DNA of 56,482 bases, filler included, from Dugesia japonica (lineage: Eukaryota): the NCBI GenBank assembly GCA_001938525.1. It is 5 parts of 5 records of this genome, joined end to end, with 100 filler letters (N's around TTAATTAATTAA, not from the genome) between each part and the next. Parts side by side here need not be neighbours in the genome. Positions count along the whole stretch, not along the records: positions 1 to 12,003 come from MQRL01343073.1; 4 more parts are not named here. One strand, written 5' to 3'. A program made the position numbers and the translations under genes. Positions 1-10,053 of this stretch are shown here, in pieces. Under the pieces are notes generated by a model. The model was not told the DNA's origin. It saw only the letters and a list, made by a program, of their open reading frames with translations, and ran no database searches. Position 1 is the first letter of the stretch; the number at the start of each line of letters is the position of its first letter.

Positions 1-68
<68 letters not shown>
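1..68. repeat. (ATT)n microsatellite
   Basis: Perfect ATT run at window start. Confidence 0.98.
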
Positions 69-69
<1 letters not shown>

Positions 70-113
70 GAAGATAGATATTTGCGTCCTGGCATCGACC
101 CCCTCCTCCCCTC
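69..113 (-). promoter_or_regulatory. Polypurine tract (99-113) and start of 3' LTR (94 downward, cut off by the ATT tract)
   Basis: Minus-strand GAGGGGAGGAGGGGG-TCGA-TGCCAGGAC lies immediately after the end of the long ORF and resembles the 5' LTR start at 11940. Confidence 0.65.
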
Positions 114-119
114 GCCATC

Positions 120-3100
120 AACTTTTTCTGTTGTTTTGATGTTTTTTAATTAATTTTAAATATGTGTTTTTCGCTTGTACTGGTATACTTTGTTTACAAC
201 TTGATTTTGGTTTCATTTTCTCAATTAGTCCTGGTTAACTACCAATTACTGGTAGCAAAGGTTCAATTTTATCCTTAATTATTTCGATAGCTGGTAGTTT
301 GCTCATGTCAAATGTTGCTATCAGTCTACTTCGGTTTATTATTATGAGTGTTTGTTTAATCAAATATGTAATCGCGATTGCAATTCTTGTGGATGATGGA
401 CCTCCTGCAATTAATCCATCTACTGCTTGTTCCATTTAACTTTTCAATATATCTTTTGTTCCTTTCAAAGCAGGTAATTTTTTAATTAATGGTTCCAATA
501 TTCAAGAAATTTGTTCAGAATTTTCCGTTAATTTTGTACTTCCAATCTACATCTTTAATTCTGGATATATTTTTAATAAAATTCAATGTATTCGTTTTTC
601 CGTTGTCGTTTCTTCTGATTCCCTTTGTTCTAACAATTCTTGTGATACATCTGTTAGTTGCTTATTTTGCCTCACGTTTCTCTTTGATACCTTTGAACAA
701 CCAAAAATAGCAAATGCTGCCTTCTTAGAGAAATAAATAGCGTTTAGCTAAATGAAAAGGAACAATAACAGGTCTGTGATGCCCTTAGATGTTTGGGGCC
801 GAACGTGCGCTACAATGGCCGTAACAGCGAGTTTAATTCCTAGCTAAAAATCGCTGGGTAACCTGCTTAATCACTGTCGTGTCAGGAATAATGGATTGAA
901 ATTATTCCACTTGAACGAAGAATTCCTAGTAAGTGCAAGTCACTAGCTTGCGCTGATTACGTCCCTGCCCTTTGTACACACCGTCCGTCGCTACTACCGA
1001 TTGATTGATTTGAAATTCCATTGCTAGTTGATGATCCCCATAAGTTAGATAATCTTTCTCAAAATCTCCTATCCATGAATGTTTCCGCATCTCTTGTCAT
1101 TTATTTTTGAAATTCATTTTCCGTTGATTCTTCTTCAGTTTTTACATTTTGTAATCTTTCTTCTGTCACTACGTCTGATACATTCATTTCATCTACCATT
1201 TCATCTGCAAATGTTTGTAACGCGAGTGATATTGGTAGTTCTTCATCGATATCCACTTCTTTTGAATTTCAATTTAGAGATGCTTCAATCTTTTGACTTC
1301 TCGCTCCTCTTTCTTTTTGACGTTTTACTTGAGTTATCAAGACTTCGTCATTTTCTTGAGTTTCTGTTCCTTTTTCTTCACTCTCTGTACAAGATGAACT
1401 TCCCGATACTCGTATTGCTGTTTTTGCGGAAATTATTGATTGAGTTGTCCAGACCTTGGTGGAACGTTGTTCAGCCGTAAATCTAGGCTTTTCTGCTAAT
1501 ACTTTTGTAGTTGGTTTCTTCTTCAACAATTCTTTACCCACCACTGGATGTATATATATTTTATTTGGATGCCTCACTTGCACATCCAATGTTCCAATCA
1601 TATCTTTATTTAATAATACCTGATTATTAAAAATAAGTGAATATGGCGGATTGAAAAGCAATTTATTCTTTAATTGTTCCACTGTTTCAAAAACCATTAT
1701 TACTACTCTTGTTTATTGACCTCTTGATTCAATTATTCTGAGAGTAAACTTGAGAAGCTTTTCTTCTTCTATCTCTCAATTTAGCTATTTAGAATTTATA
1801 ATTTTAAATTGCTCCGGCCTCAAATTACATTCCTCTTTTAATCTTGATATTTAATAAGTTAATTCTCTTAACTCTTTTATCGATAAATCGCTGCTGATTA
1901 GTTGATCCAATAATTGTTGCAGTTCTGGTTTTGGAACATTTTCTTATTTAATGATGATTGCATATTGTTGTATTAAACTTTGCATGTTTCCAATATTGTG
2001 TTTGTTTCTTGTTGCTGTTGCTGCTATTGATTTACACGGTTGAATTATTATTGGACACAATTCTTCGCTCGATTAATCTTCTGATCTAGATATTAGTTGA
2101 GGTAGTATTACTGCTATCGTTTCTCGTATATTAATATCTAATTCGTCTATATGTATTTGGTACGTGTAGATAAATTTCATCGATATACAACTGAATCGTT
2201 TTTCTATATAATGTTTCTTTTGGTCTTTTCTTGGTATACGGATTTCTTTCTTGATTATCTGCTAAAAACACGTAAACATCCATCATCAATCCTGGCCAAA
2301 TACCTAAATCTTTAACTGAGTTCTCCTCATTTTCCTCAGCGATCTCTTCCCCACAATATATAACGATAACTTCTCTTTGAGTTGCTAATCCAATTGCCTT
2401 TCCTCTTGGCATTTGCTTGTTAATATACTTAAGTATTTCATTTATTAATTTCTCCCATGTTGTAGTGGTTTTAATCTTAAATTCCTTCTCTGATTCATCT
2501 GGGAAATATATTGTAACATTTAATGATTGCTTTGGTATGTTTTTAGTATTTATTCCCACCAATGTATTAACTAATTCACAGAACATTTTTCTTACAATTA
2601 ATTTCAATTGATTTAATTGATTTATTACTTCTTCTATCTTTAAATTTTGCATTTGTTTATAATTTTCCATTATAACCATTCCTACCTTGGTTAATGTCAA
2701 TCTATATGTTGTTTGGTTTCTGGTATTGAAATTGATGTTTGACTGTCATAATTATTATATACCATAACGTTTTTCTTATACTCTCCGTCTAATGATCTCA
2801 TGCTCTGTTTTGTTTTTCGAAGATGTAGATGTGACAGTACTGAGCCTTTAATAAAAACAATCTCTCGCTTTCAAATAATGCCACTTCAGTCGCACCACCA
2901 GGCTTTAATCTATAGATGTAAATGTGCTCGTTTACCGCTTCTTTATTAAGAATTCTAACTGGTGAACAAATTATATAATGTTCAAGTGATTTTGGCCATT
3001 TTAACCTATTCAATGCTTTTACTAATGCTCCCACCATTGTATTCTTTAATGCTAATTTTCGAGGAATATTTCGGTATCCAAATCGATGATTGTATTTAGA

Positions 3101-5910
3101 TATTTGTTCTTCCATCAAATAAACCATATTCATACAATTGTGTGCGGGTTTTATGGCTTCCATCGCACTAAGTCTATAATTCTCCGTAGTTGACACTTCT
3201 AAAATTTCTTTTTCATATTCATCGATAATATACTTCCATTGTAATTTAGTTGTCACATCTATATGTCCTGGCTCTGTTAATTTTACAATATGATTCATTA
3301 TGGACCAATAAGCTTTTCGATCAATCTCATATTTTCCTTTTCTAGTTCTTTTCATTATTGTTTCGATATGTTCCCTCGTTTGTGATTGACATTTTATTGA
3401 TTTATTCATCGTGTCGTTTGTTACAACTTGATTGATCGCCATTTCCGCTCCTTGTTTTGTATTATCATCATTGTTTACTGAATTCTTTGATACTTTTGGT
3501 TTTACATCTTTTTCTGTAGTTACTCTTTTAGGTGGTTTCTTTTGTCTGTTCAATAAAGTTTATGCTCTCATCGTATGCTTAATAGAATTCTTTTTCAAAG
3601 ATTCAATTATTTTATTTATTGTTTAATACTCAAAATGCATGAACGCTGGTTGTTTAGTTTGAAATAGTCTATCACTTTCTAACAACTTTAAAAACTGCGT
3701 TTTTCCTAGTTGATTTCCATGTACCGAAATGTGTTCTTTAAGATTATTCTGATCAATAACTCTTGATGATGAACATAATACATATTCGTGTAATGGTTTC
3801 GGCCATTGCAGTTTATTTATCGCTGTTATCAACTATTCAACTGTTAGTGTTTTAATTTCAATTTTTCTAATTTAAATTTGAAATCCACATGGTATAGATT
3901 TGGTTTCATCATTACTGGTTGCGTATACGTATCTCTTGATTGATGGCCCCGCCACCTTTGGATTGTCTGTAATCAATCTTTTCAACGGCTCCATTATCAT
4001 GATTTTGTAATACTCAGGATTAGTTTCTGTCATCAATTCCACTTCATACTCTTCCGCTTGAGTCTTCCCATTTATTTTGATAACTGAATCTACATCCTTT
4101 GATTCTACGAATTCAATAAATGGATTCATTATTTTCAAATATGTTCTTCGCTTAATTTCATCTCTCAAATCTTCAGCAAGTTCTAGTTTTTCTTCTTTCT
4201 GTCGTCGAATTGCGAGATGATTTTCCAACGACTTATCATCTAAGGTCTTCTTGGAACGTATCATATTAAAATGTCTAGGATTAGAATTCGTCATTCCTCT
4301 TGCTCTCAACCTATCCTGAGCAATTTGTTGTTCTTTCAATTGTTGCTGCAGATACTCTTGCTCTTGTTTCAATATTTCAAACGTTTTTTGCTCCTGATTT
4401 TGAGTATATTGTAACATATTTATTTGATGCTGAGTTTTGGCTCTAATACTATTTATTTCCTGCTTTAATGCTTTATTTTGCTGTCTTATTCTTTCAATTG
4501 CTGGACATAAATTTGATTTAGCATTAAATTAGTATAGTTTGATTTATTACCGTCATTTCTGAAGCTATTTCTACTAATATGTCCCGACTTATTACATATA
4601 TAACATACCGGTGAATTTTCTTGGAAGCAATGTTCTGCACTATGTCGGAGTTTCTGAAAAATTGTGGAATTGTTCATTGTTTTTACTGGCGGTCTAGATT
4701 TGCATAATCTTACTCGATTTCCAATTTTCCCACAATTTTTACAAGACATATTTGTTGATTTCTAGTTCACTTGTTAGTTGTTATTATTATTCGATTGAAA
4801 ATTGTTCGTTTGTAATTTCTTTTTCCCAGGTGATAGTGACTTTAATAATGGCTAGGGTCTTTGTATGAAATCAGATACCTTCAGAGTATCTTTAGTCTGT
4901 TCATTTTGCTCTTCTATTTGAAACACTTTACCAACTTTTGGTTGAGGAACATCAACATTGTGACATACTCTTGCTGAATTTTTAGCCAACTCTACTTTTT
5001 ACGGTTGAGTATAATGCACATGTCTCTTTACATCTGCATTTCTCAACCCTTTTATAAATGCTCCAATTATAACTCCTTCATTAATATTATCTCCCATAGC
5101 TATTTTCCCAGGTCTTTGCATTTCAGCCGCAAATGCTTGAAATGATTCATCTTTATGCTGTCATCTGTTCATAAAATCTTGCTTCTCCTGAACTTGTATA
5201 GCAGGTGCTTTAAAAATATCTAATAACAACGTTTTAGCTCCTTCCTACGTTTTCACTTCTTTATCTTTCTCAGTGGCTTTATCCCAATAAATAGTTTTAT
5301 TACCTCTAACTAAATACAGGGGTTAACGCTCTGCTGCTGTTTCATCGCTCCAGCAACATGTGTTGATATGAATTTCATAGTTTGTGATGAAATCGAGTAT
5401 TTTATTTGGATCTCCGTCATATTTATCACCACTGAAATCAGTTTTCCATTCTTTGAGTTTATCGTCCATATCCAATTCATGTTGTCTACTATTTGATGAC
5501 ATTTTATTTTATTCTTTGATTTCGTCTTGATTGCTTAAATTTTCTGTTTCGCTCTGTGATTCCGATATTGGTAGAAAATGCGATACAGATTCTGGAATAT
5601 TTGCTTTATTGGTTATTAAATTATCACAATATTTGCTATCAGTTATATTTTTTTCTACTATCTGATTTTGATTTTCAATTTTTGACTCTGTTTCTTTATT
5701 TTCTTTTGATTCTGACGATTCCCTTGTTATTGTTGAAGGAAATCAGTTAGGTGATTGATTTGTTTCTGAGGATATTGGCTTTTTAGATGTCCTTGATTCT
5801 TTTCTTGTAAGTGATGATGCTCTTTGTGCTTTTGCTTTGTGCTCTTTTCTACTTCAAACAGTAGATCTCGTATAATATCTGGGCTTTTCTAAATCCTCAA
5901 TGGCTATCGT
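120..5910 (-). pseudogene. gag: Decayed Gag-containing polyprotein (~1800 codons): N-terminal low-complexity region, retrotransposon Gag capsid, 3 CCHC knuckles, coiled coil, duplicated ~170-aa module, 2 ubiquitin-like domains, acidic region, helical C-terminus
   Basis: Manual translation gives capsid DKYDGDPNKILDFITNYEIHINTCCWSDE...QEKQDFMNR*QHKDESFQAFAAEMQR...AFIKGLRN (~5440-5040; candidate ATG at 5502). Knuckles CKNCGKIGNRVRLC / QKLRHSAEHC / CYICNKSGHISRNS (4749-4486). ORFs 4417-3872, 3832-3623 and 3553-2798 share one frame. The reading continues through 2700-2131, 1697-1269 and 435-235 with stops and frameshifts. Confidence 0.8.
721..1011 (+). rRNA. 18S rRNA: 18S rRNA 3'-region fragment (~290 bp pseudogene)
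   Basis: Universal SSU motifs CTTCTTAGAG, AATAACAGGTCTGTGATGCCCTTAGATG, GAATTCCTAGTAAG and GATTACGTCCCTGCCCTTTGTACACACCG(T)CCGTCGCTACTACCGATTGA, with substitutions at conserved positions. Truncated at both ends. Confidence 0.95.
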
Positions 5911-7747
5911 AGTATAACAATTGTATTGTTCTCTTTAATCTGTAATATAATATTATACTGTCCTTTTCCCTAAAATATAAAATAAAAGCCTTTTGGCCTA
6001 TGAATATTAATTAACAATAAATAATCAATTAGCCTTAATCTTAACTTATTTATTTTTACTATCTCCTCTATTCAGTCTTTAATGTTACAATTAATGCTTA
6101 TTTCCTAGTTTTTAAGACGATACTATCTTTTATGTAAAAATCTACTTAACTCTCATAATTACATCCTACACCTATCATTTTATTATTTTTCAAAAATATT
6201 TAATCTATGTTTACATCTTATGTTATCTATTTCCCTAATAAATGCTAAAATGTTTTTAATTTAACTCAATCTTTTTAGCTGGCGCTTATTCAATTTATTA
6301 TACTAAAATTTTATCTATCGTTTTAATTTATTTATTTATTTTCTCATATTTTATATCGCACTCTGATTATTACAAAATTTATTACATTATCTCTATTTTG
6401 TTTTGCTTCTAATTTTACTTTTTATTTGTCAAGATAATATTTCAAAATTTCTATTCTTCTTCTATTATTCTATTATTCTAAAACTTTTGCGGTCAATTAA
6501 GATTCCTCGGATCTCGTTTTGGGAAGATCCCATCCCAGATTTGAGCAGACATTTCTCAAATCTTAAAAACCCTATACGAACTTCGAGCAGTAAATCCGTA
6601 AGGGAGAACTACTTGCAGTCTAATACGCCAACCGAACTGCTTGGATTGTCAGTCCAACAAAAAAAATATCGCCCACTCACTACTGCTGGTGCATATCATT
6701 GTTCACATTACAAACACTTTCTTCCGGCCTCAAAAGATGAATTCGAGAGAATTTCGAGTTCCCACGCTGCTTATGCGCGGCGGCGCAGCTCACAGTAAAA
6801 CTCCAAAGATACACTTACTGTCAAAACAAAAACATTTTTACCTCGAGGTAGCTTTTCATAAGTCTCAATTGTTTCGTCAATCTTCGTCATTAGACAGCCA
6901 TTCCAGCTTTCCTCATAAAAGATGATCAATCTTTAACATGGTTCATGTTGGTGATTCTATAGTTAACATCTTGTATCTCATAGGTCTTACTGTTTCAAAA
7001 TCGCTCCCATCTCCGTTTATTAAATTTACCAGTATTGATAAAATTTATTCTACCTGTGCTGACTGTCCAATACCCTTCCTGTACTACCTGACTAAGTGTG
7101 ATTTCGATAAAACAATAAAATTAAAATCTTCAAAACTAAAATTTCTTCCAATCTTCCGTTTCCTCATCTTTATAAATATTCCAAAAATTCTCTCAAACAA
7201 ACAAAAAAAGAAACTTATGTTTCTTGTAAATACAAAAGCTTCTTCCTGCAGCACCAAACTCTTCTGAAATTTATCTTTTTAAAAACACAGACCTTCTTTA
7301 TCTTTACCATTTAAATTCAAAATTACGCAATTGCTCTACTTAATATATGATTCTAAAACATATTTCTTAAACTAACAATCTTCATTTTTCAAAGTGCAAC
7401 ATTTTTTAAATTCTCAATTATTTTGTAATCTTCAACTTGTTTGCGATACAAAGAAGCTTCTGTTGAATATTCATTTAACTTTTCTAATTTTCTGTTCCTC
7501 AACTTTTTATTTTTATTTCATGATTTTAATTATTTCCCTTTTTTGTTACAATTTTTTATTAGCAAAATTATATATCTTTTATTTATCATTTTTTCTTTAA
7601 GCCAGTATAACCTTTCTTCATATGCCAGAATATTTTCCTTTAATTTACTTATTACTTATTGCTCCACATCACCTCATCATACTATTAAGTTATCAAAGGC
7701 TCATTTTACATTTTTTATAAATAACTCTTATTTTCACGTTTTATTTA

Positions 7748-8630
7748 TTAGGTTGTCACATATGAAATGTTCGATTACGTAATAGACAATAAAATCAATA
7801 AAAGTCCAATAAAATCAAATTTTATTTTATTATAATAATCACCATAGGATTTTACACCTTTTTGCCATCTACAAACTACTTTTAAAATACCATTAGCAAA
7901 AATATTTTTTTCTCTGGAGTCTATCAATTCAAAAATGGCCATTTTGACATTTTCGCGATCAGCAATGATTTTTTAAAAACCAAAAATTATCAAAATGCTT
8001 AAAAAAATGATAATCTGTTGGAGATAAGTCGGGCAAATATGGTGGATGTGGCAAGGTTTCAATTTTTAAGTCTGTATACTTTTGCAAAGTCTTCTTTGCC
8101 ACATGTGGTCGAGCATTATCATGCAAGAGGATGATTCCTTTCTTATTGACCAATGAAGGCTGTTTAATGCATAATGTTTTGTGCATTAATTCAATTTCAG
8201 AATAGTATTTGTCTGAGTTAATAGTTTTACCTTCTTCTAACAAAAACAAATCTATGACTCCAGCTATAGACCACCAAACTGTCAGCATTGTCTTTTCGGG
8301 TGTAAATCCGGTTTAGAACAGTGTAAAGGAGATTGGTCGGCATCTAATTATTGTGCAAGACGTCTACAATTTTGATGAATAACCCGTTTTTGATCACAAG
8401 TGACATTGCGATCTAAAAAAGATTCCAATTTATTTCGATCCAGCAGCATTTGGCAAATTTTAAATCTATGCGATTTTTTGGAATTATTCAATAAATGAGG
8501 AACCCATTGGTCCATCTTTCTTTTCTTTCCAATGCCTTTCAAATGACGGAAAATTGTTTGACGACTAACGTCTAACGTTTTACTAAGTTGTCGTACTGAT
8601 TGACTAGTGTTTAGTTCCACTTTACGTTTT
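7748..8630 (-). mobile_element. 5'-truncated mariner (DD34D, cecropia/Hsmar1-like) transposase pseudogene
   Basis: Motifs WVPHLL, VTCDQKR, HDNARPH and HPPYLPDLSPTDYHFFKH, with 34 residues between the 2nd and 3rd Asp. Right TIR TA-TTAGGTTGTCACATATGAAATG at 7746-7770. Confidence 0.93.
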
Positions 8631-8987
8631 ATATTTATTATATTTATTCTTTTCTTTATGATCTATCCTTTTTGGATTTAATATTAATTTATCTTATTAA
8701 AGCATTTATTCAATTCAAATTTTTTCTATCACCTAAATTAACATTTATTATCAAGTATTTCAAATTCCGCAAATTTAATTTTCCCCAAAAGTTTATCTGT
8801 TCATCAAATAAAAATTGTCATTTTTATCATTTCATTACTTTATTTTTAGAGATTACCGCCGGTCAAATTTTATTATCAAGTCCTAATTATTAATTAAGAT
8901 TTTTCCTAATACTGCTTAAACATTTTATTAAGTTTTAAATATTATTTAAAATCGTCAATTAATAATAATATATTCGAATAAAAATTC

Positions 8988-9492
8988 ATGACGAGTGGCC
9001 TGCTTTTTATCTCATAACCACCTTTTATCTTTCATGATCAAGTGAGTTGAAACTTAGTTATCAAGCAATTCGCCACTTAATATTTTACGAAATTATTTAT
9101 AATAGGTATCCAAAGATATTAACTATTAATAAAAGGTATTCAATGGTGTTTAATATTAATCAAAAGGTATTCAGTTGTCATCGATTAAAATATATTAAAC
9201 TGCAGCGAATTTATGCAGTTTAATTTTAATTGCTGCATAGTCAAATTTATCTTAATCGTTATCAAGATTCTATGTTATCCCTCATTTATTTCTAATTGTT
9301 ATCATTATTTAAGATTCCTCGTAATACCCTCAGTGCTCGACTCAAGTTTCGGTATTATTTTAAAATCCTTTATTAATAATATAAATAAAATATGATCATT
9401 AATTATGACGAGTCACTTGTCTCTTCATCTCATACTAACTTTTGTCTTTTGTGACCAATTAGCCAGGAATTATAAATCAAGTGATTCATCAT
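8988..9492. repeat. Two diverged ~90-bp direct repeats (8988-9080, 9405-9492), each a fold-back hairpin, in the element leader
   Basis: Both start ATGACGAGT and share TCTCATA, CTTTT(A/G)TCTTT and ATCAAG. The arms of each copy are self-complementary. Confidence 0.7.
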
Positions 9493-10031
9493 TAAATGCT
9501 AGGGACTGCATTGATTCTATCAAAATGTATTTCAATTCAAGGTGAACATTCAAAGTTGAAAAATAATTTTATTCTCGTTTTTAATTATGGTTCACCAACC
9601 ATATCTTTACATTTAAGATAAAACAATTTTATTTCAACACTAATCAATTTAAGCTTTGTTAGCCAATAAATAATTTCAATGTAAGTTTAAGCTGAATCGA
9701 TTTTACCAGAAATAAATCTTTATCAATAAACATTACCTTCAACATTATTTCAAAGTTAATTCATTTTCAATAATCAAATATTCTATTATCTATTTTATTT
9801 ATCATTTAACCACAGCTATACCCTCAACATTTATCACTTTCAACAAAAGTTTCATCACTACTTTATTGACAATATAGTTTTGTCAATAAAATTTTCATAC
9901 GAATAAATTTATTAACGTTAATAAAATTTTCAATAATTTTAAAAGATTATTCCACCTTATTTAACTTTTGATTTAAATAATGAACAGCAAAACAACAAAC
10001 AAAATCTTTACGAAGATAATAATCTATCTCT

Positions 10032-10050
10032 ATTCTTGCTGAGCCCCCCA
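10032..10050 (-). promoter_or_regulatory. Primer-binding site, tRNA-Pro-like
   Basis: Minus strand TGGGGGGCTCAGCAAGAAT resembles the tRNA-Pro PBS (TGGGGGCTC...) and lies 3 nt from the LTR end. Confidence 0.65.
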
Positions 10051-10053
10051 AAA

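Noticed and set aside
721-1011. Functional rDNA locus or an R-element insertion site in 18S
   Set aside because: Only ~290 bp with mutated conserved positions and no flanking rDNA on either side.
489-1480. Plus-strand hydrophobic ORFs 489-710 and 1079-1480 (also 5556-5750, 7394-7782)
   Set aside because: F/L/I-rich shadows of an A-rich opposite strand.
8988-9030. ATGACGAG...CTCATA as a hammerhead core
   Set aside because: Lacks CTGA and GAAA in both copies; better explained as a simple hairpin arm.
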